Shown here: positions 46,206-55,853 of the stretch, one piece after another
Layout of the letters: the number at the start of each line of letters is the position of its first letter
Position numbering within the stretch: the stretch's first letter is position 1
Assembly: GCA_046290225.1 (NCBI GenBank)
Contig: JBKAGE010000078.1
Span: 128,001-192,000, forward strand
Source: Bradymonadia bacterium
GTDB taxonomy: Bacteria > Myxococcota_A > Bradymonadia > UBA7976 > UBA1532
Direction of reading: 5' to 3'
Length of the DNA stretch: 64,000 bases
Made by a program: the position numbers and the translations under genes
Notes under the pieces: model-generated
Told to the model about the DNA's origin: nothing
Seen by the model: only the letters and a program-made list of their open reading frames with translations
The model's database searches: none

Positions 46206-46473
46206 CACCTAGCCTCACATCGGTGCTCATCGAAAGAGCAGCACCGTACCAGAACACTTGCCTGCGGCGTCAGAATCTTGAATCGCCGCACACCTGCATG
46301 ACCTCAGATATGACTTCGTTTACTCCACCCTTCAAAAATCACCAAATAATCCAATGTTCAAGACGGGTGGTGAACAACTGTGCCGAAACAGAATGGCACA
46401 GATTGGGTCATCTGACGGTGACATCGGCGAACAGGGAGAAGCAAATTAAGAAAAAATGCTTCTACTGTGCTTT

Positions 46474-49400
46474 TCAATCTTTGCCAGAGGGCCAAATTCG
46501 CCGCAAATGCCCTCCGCTCCAGCGCCATGCTTCTAATATTGCAATCACCAACGCCAACAGCGCCAGGACACCCGACATCGGGGTGCCAGACCCAGCAGAG
46601 GCTCGAGTGACGGCCTCGAGAAGGGCCTGGGGCTCTCGAACGACCCGGCCGCCGGTGATCTCTGCTTGAAGAGCCAGGGCCTCGCTGTCCACACCCACGG
46701 TCATCTGCTCTGTGGAAGGCGGACGCGTGAGGCTGGCGCTCAGACCGCCTGTGGAGAGCGGCACATACACATCGAGGATCTCGACGGGGCCTTCTGGAAG
46801 GGAAAGGCTGGCGTGCCCCGGCGCCACGAGATGCCACGGCATCTCCACCGTGACGCCTCGAGGATCAGTGATGTGGGCCCGGAGAGGCAACGGCTGCTCT
46901 GGAGCGTACCGCATGGTCATTCGGCCGTCGGGCGTGATGCGGAGCACGCCGAGCTCGGCCTTCGGCGCCAGCGCAGGCCCGAGCAGGCCCGCCCACAGCG
47001 CAGCTGGGGCTTGCCAGGTGTCGGTGGCGACGGCGATCACGCGCCCTGCCCCCCACGGCCGCTCGGCGATGAAGGGATCTCCCCCACTCCGGGCGAGCAA
47101 CCGCGCCCCTGCGGCGAGCCCCACCCTCACCCGCTCGGCCACCGGCGGCGCGGTGACCCCCACACGGGCCGGCCAGGAGCCCGTAACGCTCACAGAACCC
47201 CCTGGCACAACCAGCTCACCTCGGGCCACCTCGAGCAAGCCCTCGGTGATGAGCCGGGGCAGCGACTCGCCCTGGCCCTCGATGATGCGTCCGCCGGTGA
47301 TGCGGGCGAGGCCTGCGAGCGGCTCTCGCTCAGGCTGCTCGCCCACCAGGATCGCCATGACCTGAGTGCGGGAGCGTTTCAGCCGTGGAGGGATGGTGGG
47401 CTCGCCCTCGTCGATGAAGCGCCCATCGGTGATCGTGAGGATGATCCGCCGGTCGACATCTACCGTCTCGAGGAGGCCAGCGGCGGTGATCAGGGCGGGG
47501 CCGATGGTGGTGCCGCCTTTGATCACTGCGGGCGTCTCCAGATCCTCTGGGTTGACCTGCCGGGCGGGTGTGGGGCTGAGCAACACGTCAGCGTCGGTGC
47601 CAAAAGCCACCACGGCGAGCTGATCATCAGGACCCTTCAAGCCGCGGGCGAGGCTGCCTGTCAAACGGGCGATGCCCTCAGCTCCGATGCCACCAGCCTC
47701 TTTGGACATGCTGCCGCTGCGATCCAGCAACACGGCGACCCCCAAGCGACTTGGCCGTTCCGGCTCGGGATCAGCAGTGAGAGGCGACAACACTTCGATG
47801 GGCGCTCCGGTCCATCCTCCGGGGCCGAAGGCCTTGTTTCGCCCCGCGAGAAGTAGAACCCCGCCGCCATCGACCCAGTCCGCGAGGGCCGCCACCGCAG
47901 AGGCGGGCAACGCCTCGATGTGCTGATCGTGCACTGCGACGACGGTGGCCTGTCTCAGCACCTCGGGTGTTTCCCGCAGGCCCTCGATGGGCAACTGCCG
48001 GGTGGTCAACCCGGCCCCCTCCAACCAGGGCACGGCCCCTGGGCCGATGGCCAGGGCGAGAGGGGCATCGGCTTCCACGGCCAGCGGCCACTGATCATTG
48101 ACGGGCCAGACATCCCCCGGCACCTCGATGCGCACTGTCAGGCGCGCCCGCTGATCTGCGGGATGAGGTACTGAGAGACGCGTGGTACGCACATCTCCGG
48201 CCTGCAGCTCGAGGGGGTGCTCCACCGGCTCAGCCCCCTCGAGCTGCACGATGAGCGCAGCAGCAGAGGCGACATTGGACCGCACCTGAGCACGCACGAT
48301 GAGGCGCCCTCCGAGCCGTCGTGCCTCTGCGGAGATGATGCCGCCATCTGGACCCTCGACCCCCACGGGCACCGGGAACACGGGCACCCCTGGGGTGACA
48401 GGGCCATCCTCCGCACGCCCGTCGGTGACCAGCACGACGGCGCCGCCGGAGAGGGCATCCAGAGCACCCTCGACCAGAGGGCCATGGCGCGTGGCGCCAC
48501 TGGGTGAGCCTTGAAGCGGTGCGCCTGGCGGACCAGCACGTCGCACCCGCTCTCCCCCCTCGACGCGGAGCGTCACATCGCCGCCGATGGCCTGTTCCAC
48601 CATGGCCACTACATTGCTCAAGGCCACCTCGGGCATGGAGGCAGAGGTGTCGACGGCGAGCACCACACCACCCTGGTCTCCTACCCGCCACTGGGGCCCC
48701 GTGAGCGCCACGATCACAATGCCGAGGGACAACCACGGCCAGGGTGCTCGCCATCGCCTGCTCAACCCCAGAGTCGCCAGCAGCGCCACGAGCGCCACCA
48801 CCAGAGGTACGGTGTGCCGAGGCTGCCCCGCTTTGATTGGGGCAGTGATGGCATCGCTCGGGGCCTCAGGGGCCCCGGAATCTGCGGAGCCCACTTCGGG
48901 CACCACGGCGATCCACGCGGTCTGGTCACCAGACTCGAGGGTGTAATGCCCCAACACGTCCAGGCCATCGAGCCGCGCCACGAGGTGGCCAGTCTCCGGA
49001 TGAGGCGCAGGCATGACGACGCGCTGGTGGCCCCCAGGCGTGGTGAGCCGAATCTCTCCTTCGGCGAGGACCATCAGCGGCTGGCCGGCTCGATGCGTCC
49101 GACACCGACCGCGGCGTGCCCGATCTGCCTGCAGCCGCTCTGCAAAAAAAGCAGGCCAGGCAGGACTCTCGATCAGCTCGGCATCCTCCATCGAGAAAGC
49201 GAGGCGCAGGCGCTGCCCGGCCCGGCCTCGTGTCAGATCGGCAATCACGGCCTCACCGGCGAACATCATCGGCTCGCCCGCCTCGGGGAGGGTCTGCCAC
49301 CGCGCCAGAGAGACACCAGGAATCGGCAAGTCACCCACGAGCCTCACGGGCCCTGGACCCTGGTCGAAGCGGGTCGTGGACTCAGGCCACTCGATCCACG

Positions 49401-50268
49401 TGATCTGGGGCAGGAAGGGCGCCCAAATGCCCTCAGGCAACGGCTCGTTCGCCGGTGCGGGCCCGGGTCGCCACTGGCTCTCTTCCAGTGGACCTCGGCG
49501 CACGTGTGGCAGCACAGGCCACAGCTGGGCAAGGGCCTCAGGCCACAGCCCCTCGGAGACGACGAGCGGCGCGGAATCTGGCAGGCAGATCGGGTAGCCG
49601 TCGTCTCCCTCGTACTCCTCTGCGACGATATGGGCCGGGCCAGCGGGCAGCGGACCAGCAAGGCGCCACCCCGCCCCAGCGCGACCCAAGGGGGCCTCTT
49701 TGCGAGCGCCAGCCTCTCGCCACCTCAAGATCGGGGTCACCCCCGAGGCCACCTGAGCCTCGACGATGACGCGGGACCCGGCCAGCACGGCACCGGCCCC
49801 CTCCACGAGGGGGGCGAAGTCACCGCGATCATCGAGATAGATCAGGCGACCCTCCGGGCTCAGGCGGCGGCCCATCACCAGCGCGGCCCCCCACTGTGGA
49901 GATGCCACGACGGGCTCTACCCCCTCAGGCTCGGAGACTTCGGACGGCGTGGAGCCTGCCCGGATGACCACCACAGGCGTCGACCACTGTGGATCAGGCG
50001 TGAAGGGCCCCGCGGTGAGCACCAGCGTGCCCCCTGAGGGCGGTGACACAAATCCGACAGCGGCGATGATCAAGGCGAGCGCGGCCACCGCGCGGGCGCA
50101 CAACAGCCAGGGGGCCCTCAACGTCCGTCGCCCACGGTCGCCCTTGACGAAGTGCAGCAACAGAAAGAAAGCGCTGTAGGGCTGATCTCCGCTGGGACGG
50201 GCCCCGCGGTGCAGCAGCCAGAGCACGGGCAACGCCACCAGCGCCAGAAGAGCCCAGGGCAGACTCAC
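46474..50268 (-). CDS. BatA-N + VWA + GATase-like + VWA membrane protein (probable two-gene fusion)
   Basis: BatA-like N-terminal double TM (LPVLWLLH..S.FFL..R..A); MIDAS motifs DTSAS and DRSGS with TDG; DVWPVND; WVDGGGVLL..G..AFGPGGW; C-terminal TM. Confidence 0.8.
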   Translation of the reverse strand: MSLPWALLALVALPVLWLLHRGARPSGDQPYSAFFLLLHFVKGDRGRRTLRAPWLLCARAVAALALIIAAVGFVSPPSGGTLVLTAGPFTPDPQWSTPVVVIRAGSTPSEVSEPEGVEPVVASPQWGAALVMGRRLSPEGRLIYLDDRGDFAPLVEGAGAVLAGSRVIVEAQVASGVTPILRWREAGARKEAPLGRAGAGWRLAGPLPAGPAHIVAEEYEGDDGYPICLPDSAPLVVSEGLWPEALAQLWPVLPHVRRGPLEESQWRPGPAPANEPLPEGIWAPFLPQITWIEWPESTTRFDQGPGPVRLVGDLPIPGVSLARWQTLPEAGEPMMFAGEAVIADLTRGRAGQRLRLAFSMEDAELIESPAWPAFFAERLQADRARRGRCRTHRAGQPLMVLAEGEIRLTTPGGHQRVVMPAPHPETGHLVARLDGLDVLGHYTLESGDQTAWIAVVPEVGSADSGAPEAPSDAITAPIKAGQPRHTVPLVVALVALLATLGLSRRWRAPWPWLSLGIVIVALTGPQWRVGDQGGVVLAVDTSASMPEVALSNVVAMVEQAIGGDVTLRVEGGERVRRAGPPGAPLQGSPSGATRHGPLVEGALDALSGGAVVLVTDGRAEDGPVTPGVPVFPVPVGVEGPDGGIISAEARRLGGRLIVRAQVRSNVASAAALIVQLEGAEPVEHPLELQAGDVRTTRLSVPHPADQRARLTVRIEVPGDVWPVNDQWPLAVEADAPLALAIGPGAVPWLEGAGLTTRQLPIEGLRETPEVLRQATVVAVHDQHIEALPASAVAALADWVDGGGVLLLAGRNKAFGPGGWTGAPIEVLSPLTADPEPERPSRLGVAVLLDRSGSMSKEAGGIGAEGIARLTGSLARGLKGPDDQLAVVAFGTDADVLLSPTPARQVNPEDLETPAVIKGGTTIGPALITAAGLLETVDVDRRIILTITDGRFIDEGEPTIPPRLKRSRTQVMAILVGEQPEREPLAGLARITGGRIIEGQGESLPRLITEGLLEVARGELVVPGGSVSVTGSWPARVGVTAPPVAERVRVGLAAGARLLARSGGDPFIAERPWGAGRVIAVATDTWQAPAALWAGLLGPALAPKAELGVLRITPDGRMTMRYAPEQPLPLRAHITDPRGVTVEMPWHLVAPGHASLSLPEGPVEILDVYVPLSTGGLSASLTRPPSTEQMTVGVDSEALALQAEITGGRVVREPQALLEAVTRASAGSGTPMSGVLALLALVIAILEAWRWSGGHLRRIWPSGKD

Positions 50269-51131
50269 GACGACAACGCCCGAAAGAGCTGAGTGAGGAT
50301 CTGCGGAAGCGGGGTGTCGGTGGAGACGTCGACGAGCGGTAGACCCCGCTGACGGGCGGCCTGTTCGAGGCGCTCGCGGTGGGCCTGCACGAGGCCTGCG
50401 GCGTTGATCCGGCGCTGGCCGTCGGGCACCACCACATGGCCCTCCCCTTCGGGGTCAAAGAACGCCACCCCTTCTGGCAACTCGAACTCCCCAGGCGCCG
50501 AGACCCGGCAAAGATCCACCCGCCAGCCCGTGCGTGTCAGGGCATCGATGACCGCCTCCGGACCCCGAGGGTCGAGGAAATCGCTGATGATCAAAGCGTC
50601 GCCTCTCACATGGCCCGTGGGCAACTGGCCGAGGGCGGCGGTGAGATCTGTCTGCCCTGAGGGCTGCTGCCCACCGAGAAACTCGAAGACGCGAGGGGCA
50701 AAGTCGAGGCCTCCGGTGAAGGGCAACGCTTCGAGTCGAGCGCCACGGGCCACGCCGATGAGCAACGGGTGCAGCTCGCTCAACCCTGCATAGGCCACAG
50801 CGGCGGCGATGGCCCGGGCGATCTGCCATTTGCTCGGCGCACCCACCTGCATGGATCCCGAGCCATCCAAGAGCACAGCGAGGGCCCCTGCTCCCTCGTC
50901 GACAAAGGTGCGGACATAGAAGCCCCGGGTGCGGGCATAGGTGGGCCAGTCGAGGTGCCGCAGATCCATGCCTGGGACATATTCGGTGAAGCCCTCGAAG
51001 TCGAGGCCCGCCGCGGCCCCACCTGGGAGTGGTCGACCGTGGACCGGAAACCCGCCCCCCTGTCTGATCCAGAGCGCCAGCCGGCTCATCAGAGCCAACA
51101 GTTGGGGATCAGGGAACGCCCCTCGGGCCAC
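50265..51131 (-). CDS. DUF58 protein
   Basis: DFEGFTEYVPGMDLRHLDW..YAR, LLDGSGSM, IISDFLD. Confidence 0.88.
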   Translation of the reverse strand: MARGAFPDPQLLALMSRLALWIRQGGGFPVHGRPLPGGAAAGLDFEGFTEYVPGMDLRHLDWPTYARTRGFYVRTFVDEGAGALAVLLDGSGSMQVGAPSKWQIARAIAAAVAYAGLSELHPLLIGVARGARLEALPFTGGLDFAPRVFEFLGGQQPSGQTDLTAALGQLPTGHVRGDALIISDFLDPRGPEAVIDALTRTGWRVDLCRVSAPGEFELPEGVAFFDPEGEGHVVVPDGQRRINAAGLVQAHRERLEQAARQRGLPLVDVSTDTPLPQILTQLFRALSS

Positions 51132-51132
51132 C

Positions 51133-52116
51133 TCAGAGGGCTCCCAGAACAGACTTCACCACATCGTCACCGGTGATGCCCTCCGCCCGGGCGGCGAAGT
51201 TGAGCAATACGCGGTGGCGAAGCACGGGCAGCGCACTGGCGACGACGTCTTCTCGAGAGACGTGCAGTCGACCGGCACAGGCAGCACGGGCACGGGCCAC
51301 GGCGAGCAGTGCCTGAGCCCCTCGGGGGCTGGCCCCCAACTGAACATAGGACTGCCAGTTGGGCGGCAGGCTCTCCGGACGGGTTTTGCAGATGATGTCC
51401 ACGATGAGGCGCTTCACCTCGTCGGCGACGGGCACACGGGCCACATGGGCCATGAACCGCAGCAGCTCGTCCACGGTCATCACCGGGGTCATCGCCGCCA
51501 AGCCCTCTGCAGGGCGCACGTCGAGAATATCCATCAGATCGTCAGCAGAAGGCGGCTCCACGAGCAGCTTCATCACAAAACGATCTGCCTGTGCCTCCGG
51601 CAGCGGGTAGGTGCCGTCCATGTCCACAGGGTTTTCTGTCGCCATCACGAAGAAGGGCGGCCCGAGGGGACGCGTCTCACCGCCGTAGGTGACCTGCCGC
51701 TCCGCCATGGCTTCGAGCAGGGCGCTCTGGGTCCGTGGGTTGGCGCGGTTGATCTCGTCGGCGAGGACGAGCTGGGCGAAGATGGGCCCGGGCTTGAAGG
51801 TGATGGAGGGGCCCTCGGGGCCCTCGATGAGGCTCTGAGTGCCCAGGATGTCGGCAGGGAGCAGGTCGGGGGTGAACTGAATCCGGGACACCGACAGCTC
51901 GAGGGCCCGACCAAGGGCCTTGATCAGGAGCGTTTTGCCCAGCCCGGGCACCCCCTCGAGGAGCACGTGCCCCCCAGCGAGCAGGCCGTAGATCAGCCCG
52001 TCCTGGATCGCACGTTGGCCCACGATGACCTTCGACAATGCGCCCCGGAGCGACAGCACAGCCTCTCTGAGGGCCCCAGCGGTCTGCTCCACGTCTTCTG
52101 GTGACAGCTGGGTCAC
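51133..52116 (-). CDS. moxR: MoxR-family AAA+ ATPase
   Basis: GHVLLEGVPGLGKT, RIQFTPDLLPADI, LADEINRA, QSALLEAM, GTYPLPEAQ.DRF, GASPRG; GTG start overlapping the upstream stop. Confidence 0.95.
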   Translation of the reverse strand: MTQLSPEDVEQTAGALREAVLSLRGALSKVIVGQRAIQDGLIYGLLAGGHVLLEGVPGLGKTLLIKALGRALELSVSRIQFTPDLLPADILGTQSLIEGPEGPSITFKPGPIFAQLVLADEINRANPRTQSALLEAMAERQVTYGGETRPLGPPFFVMATENPVDMDGTYPLPEAQADRFVMKLLVEPPSADDLMDILDVRPAEGLAAMTPVMTVDELLRFMAHVARVPVADEVKRLIVDIICKTRPESLPPNWQSYVQLGASPRGAQALLAVARARAACAGRLHVSREDVVASALPVLRHRVLLNFAARAEGITGDDVVKSVLGAL

Positions 52117-53027
52117 TTCTTCTCCTTCACCTCGAGCCACGCCCGAATCACCGCGTGGTGACGCGCTGGCCACCGCCCCACGGTGGCGGGCAAGCCCTCC
52201 GTGTCTCCTGCAGTGGCCCACGCCTGACGGGCCTGTGCATCATCTTGTGGGAGCGGCCTGAGCTCAATGTCGAAGGCCTCGCCGTACACCGCCCCCACAC
52301 GACGTCGGCCTGGACCACCCGCACCCAACCGGCCCGCACGGCCCCCGACGCCGGCGGCCTGGCCACGGACGATCTTGCCACTAGGCTCGGCGCCCATGCC
52401 CGCGTCAGCGCCACCGGCGAGTCCAGCATCCGGGCGCTCGTCTATCCTGGGGCGCTCGACGCCCGCCTCAGGCTTCTTGCTGGTCTCGATTTGAGACGCA
52501 GTGCCACCTGTGGGCCCAGTCGCCACGCTGTCTGCCTGACCCACGTCTTTGGCGACGCCGGCCAGATCAGCATCGACAGCCTCACGGGTTCCATTGGGGA
52601 TCCCATCCCCTGACGCCCACACCGGCAAGAGACACAGCGCCGCCGGGAAAGCCCAGGCCCAATGTGGCCGCGGGCACACGTCAGTGGCCATCTCCGGGCG
52701 TAGCTTGCTCGCGATCTGACGACGCTGAGCCACCTCGAAAGGTCCGGGCTCTTCTCGGCGATCCCACGCACAGACGAGGCCTTGCTGCATGCCCAGAGCG
52801 GCGTCTGCTCGAGCCATCAGCACCCCATGAGAGCACCGGCGGGTCATCACCCAGCCCACGAGCACACCGCCCCCACCGAGGAGAGCCCAGGGCCACCCTG
52901 AGAAGACAGCCACGACGGCGCCGATGCCCAGCGCGGGGCCGAGGCCCTGGAGCGCGGACATCGCCAACGCACGACGCGCGAGGATGTCGCCGAAGCGCTC
53001 CAACTGATCAGTGGACGTGTCGGTCAC
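52113..53027 (-). CDS. Membrane protein (DUF4175-like N-terminus, Gly-rich region, P..H..VIRAW tail) typical of MoxR clusters
   Basis: Two or three TMs; RADAALGMQQGLVCAW; C-terminal PARHHAVIRAWL; GTGA overlaps on both sides. Confidence 0.55.
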   Translation of the reverse strand: MTDTSTDQLERFGDILARRALAMSALQGLGPALGIGAVVAVFSGWPWALLGGGGVLVGWVMTRRCSHGVLMARADAALGMQQGLVCAWDRREEPGPFEVAQRRQIASKLRPEMATDVCPRPHWAWAFPAALCLLPVWASGDGIPNGTREAVDADLAGVAKDVGQADSVATGPTGGTASQIETSKKPEAGVERPRIDERPDAGLAGGADAGMGAEPSGKIVRGQAAGVGGRAGRLGAGGPGRRRVGAVYGEAFDIELRPLPQDDAQARQAWATAGDTEGLPATVGRWPARHHAVIRAWLEVKEKK

Positions 53028-53518
53028 GCAGCCACCCACCAGATGAATGCGCCCCCTGTGGCGGCACCCAGGAGCGCCGCGGCAGACATGGGCACCCACG
53101 GCCGCGCCGCCCCGGCGACCACACCGGTCAAAATGGGCGCGGCGCCCACCTGAGCGAGGACGTCACCCACCTGACCGGAGTCGGCGATGCCGAGGCGTAC
53201 GAGCCAGATCCATCCAGGCACGGAGGCGAGCAACGCCACGAAGGCGGGCCACGCGCCGAGGGCGACACTTCGGACCGCCCGGCGCCGTGGATCCACCAGG
53301 GTCCACCCGGCGACGCATCCAGCGATGGCCAGCACTACGAGGATGGACCAGATCAAGGCGCCCGTCTGGACCACCTGCCCTCGCCAGACATCGCCGGTCT
53401 GACCGAACCAGTGGGTGCGGTGCACCGCAGCGGCATGGGTGTACAGCGGCAGCACGAGGGCCGAGATCACGACCACGCCCCACAATCCGCCGCTGGTGGC
53501 GATGCGCCAGACTCTCAC
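53024..53518 (-). CDS. Small integral membrane protein (possible ABC permease-like)
   Basis: About 5 hydrophobic segments; GTGA overlap with the ABC ATPase stop. Confidence 0.5.
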   Translation of the reverse strand: MRVWRIATSGGLWGVVVISALVLPLYTHAAAVHRTHWFGQTGDVWRGQVVQTGALIWSILVVLAIAGCVAGWTLVDPRRRAVRSVALGAWPAFVALLASVPGWIWLVRLGIADSGQVGDVLAQVGAAPILTGVVAGAARPWVPMSAAALLGAATGGAFIWWVAA

Positions 53519-54216
53519 CGATGCCACCCCAGCGAGGCAGCCAGCCGATCGGAGAAGTCCGGCTCGCCTCGGCTCACCTCGAAGTGAGCAGCCCCGTCTT
53601 TGAGGCAAATCACCCGATCGCACACCGACTGAGTGAAATACGGCGCAGCTGCAGTGCAAATGATGGTGGCCCCTCCTGCGGAGGCCGCTCGAATCGCCGA
53701 CGAGATTTGTCGCAGCCCTGGCCCGTCCACGCCCTCTTCCGGGGCGTCGAGCAAGAACACCCGAGGCTGCAGAATCCAGAGCCTCGCCATGGCGAGGCGC
53801 CTCGACTCACCGCGAGAGAGCGCGTGCACTGGTCGATCCAGGGCGTACTCCATCTCGAGCTGTTCCGTGGCTTCGGCGAGGCGGGTGCGGGCGACATCCT
53901 GAGCCACCCCATCCAGATCGGCCCACAACTTGAGCCACTGTGACACCGTGAGGGCGTGCGGCCCTGGGAGCGTGTGGCCCATCCACCCGGAGATGCTCTT
54001 GAGTCGGCCTGTCTGGCGGGTGATGTCCCGGCCTTCGAGCTTGATGCGGCCGCGATCCGGGGCCCGCAGACCTGCGAGCACCTCGAGGGCGGTGGACTTG
54101 CCTGACCCCGAGAGGCCCACGATGCCCAGCACCTCGCCTGGCCGGGCGGTGAGATCGAGGCGGTTCAGACGCACCACCTCGTGATCCTCCACCACCACAC
54201 CGATCAGCTCAATCAT
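53515..54216 (-). CDS. ABC transporter ATP-binding protein with degenerate catalytic residues
   Basis: Walker A GLSGSGKS, signature LSRGE, Walker B FLLDAP (no Glu), H-loop ICTAAA (no His). Confidence 0.85.
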   Translation of the reverse strand: MIELIGVVVEDHEVVRLNRLDLTARPGEVLGIVGLSGSGKSTALEVLAGLRAPDRGRIKLEGRDITRQTGRLKSISGWMGHTLPGPHALTVSQWLKLWADLDGVAQDVARTRLAEATEQLEMEYALDRPVHALSRGESRRLAMARLWILQPRVFLLDAPEEGVDGPGLRQISSAIRAASAGGATIICTAAAPYFTQSVCDRVICLKDGAAHFEVSRGEPDFSDRLAASLGWHR

Positions 54217-54293
54217 CGCTCAACCACCTCACATCGCGATGTGCCTCATGAGCCCGGGGATCGCACACCGCGCACCCAGACGCAAACACATCG

Positions 54294-55847
54294 TCAGCCT
54301 GGATCTTCGACCTGGGGCACGATCAAAGCCTCTGGTGTCACTGCGCGCCGAGGTGCTGGCTCGACCCACCATCCCGAGAGCTCGGCCGACTGCATGTCGA
54401 CCACCACGTCACCCAACGGCAGATGTGCGGCGCCGAGGCCGATGGGGCTTCGGGTCGCTCCGGCGAGGGCCCCTGCAGGCCACTCGGGGAATGCCTCCTG
54501 CTCACCGGCGACCTCGGCGGTGGTCTCTGCCGTGAAGGCGAAATACACGAGACGCCGCCGGTCACCGGGCTCGGCGGTGAGCATCCAATGGCCCTCCTCG
54601 GCGGCGAGGGTCAGGCAGGCCCCCACCGGGCGCGCCTCTTCCAAGCTGGCCTGCTCGGCCCCGGGCAGGCTGAAACCGCCCCCGACCGCAACGCTCAGAT
54701 CGACCACCCCCACTGAGAGCGCCTCGTCACCGACGGGGATCATCAAGGCTTCTGCCTGGGTCACGGCGATGGATGCACCCTGAGGCGGGAGCACACAGGC
54801 GCCGATCCAGCAGGCCAGCGCTGTCGCCACTCCAGCTCTGGGCATACGCAGCGCCAGAAGTGCAGAGACCACCAGGCCCAACAGCACCGCCCAGATCCAC
54901 CAGGCAAAAGCGCCCGCCGGGCGACCATCTACTGGAGGCCTCGCGGAGAGCCAGCTGAGTACGTGGGCCAGAGGTGCTGGGGGGCGCTCGAAGAGCACAT
55001 CGGTCACCGGGCCTTCAGTGAGGGCCTTCAGACGCACCCCCACCACCCGCACCCTGCCGAGGCCGAGGAACCATTCTGTGACCAGCGGCGAGCCATCGGC
55101 GGTGAGCAGCACCTGCCCCTGGCCCTCAGGAGAGACGGGCCGATGCCCGGCAGCCTGAGGCAGAGCGCCCTTGAGCGCCGGACCTGGGCGGCGGGCCGGG
55201 GTAAGTGCCCCTTCAATGAAGTCCTGCATGACGCCGGTCTCGTCGGCCCCCTCTCCCACAGCGATCACGAGCATGCTGCCCGAGGCCACCGCTCGGCGCA
55301 GGGCGCGACGTCGCTGGGGGGTCAGCGCCACGAGATCTGCCAGTTCGATGAGCATCCACGGGGCAAAGCGCAGCGCTGCGAAGTGCTGTGGCAGCTCTTC
55401 GAGGCCTTGATGTATTACGCGGTGCCCTTGAGGCTTGAGCAGGGCTGCGAGCTGAGCCCGACCCGCCGTGGCGCTCGAGATCCACAACGTTGGCGGGCCT
55501 GTCTCAAAAGCGACAGGAGACACCTTCACCGTCTCTTGCTGGCCCTCGGTGAGGATGTTCAGCTCTGGGGCTGGCCCCACGCTGCCATCAGCGCACTGCA
55601 CGTGCACCGAGGCCGTGGTGTACCCATCGAGGGACACCGCGAGTTGGAGGGCATTCTCCGGGCCCACCATCGCCTGGGTGGGGTGCAGCCCCACATTCTC
55701 GATCTTGATCTCGGTCGTGGCACCATCGCCCACCTTGGATGAGGTCACCGGCCCCGCCCCAAAGGCAGAGCCAGCCATCAGGCAGCAGATGGCAGGAAAG
55801 AGGATCGAGGCAGGATCAAGAGGCCAGATGCCCCTGAGGTGAGCCAT
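54294..55847 (-). CDS. Exported/membrane protein with a GATase-like domain
   Basis: Signal-like N-terminus; ALRRAVASGSMLVI, DGSPLV....GLGRV; two TMs in the C-terminal third. Confidence 0.55.
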   Translation of the reverse strand: MAHLRGIWPLDPASILFPAICCLMAGSAFGAGPVTSSKVGDGATTEIKIENVGLHPTQAMVGPENALQLAVSLDGYTTASVHVQCADGSVGPAPELNILTEGQQETVKVSPVAFETGPPTLWISSATAGRAQLAALLKPQGHRVIHQGLEELPQHFAALRFAPWMLIELADLVALTPQRRRALRRAVASGSMLVIAVGEGADETGVMQDFIEGALTPARRPGPALKGALPQAAGHRPVSPEGQGQVLLTADGSPLVTEWFLGLGRVRVVGVRLKALTEGPVTDVLFERPPAPLAHVLSWLSARPPVDGRPAGAFAWWIWAVLLGLVVSALLALRMPRAGVATALACWIGACVLPPQGASIAVTQAEALMIPVGDEALSVGVVDLSVAVGGGFSLPGAEQASLEEARPVGACLTLAAEEGHWMLTAEPGDRRRLVYFAFTAETTAEVAGEQEAFPEWPAGALAGATRSPIGLGAAHLPLGDVVVDMQSAELSGWWVEPAPRRAVTPEALIVPQVEDPG

Positions 55848-55853
55848 GTGAGA

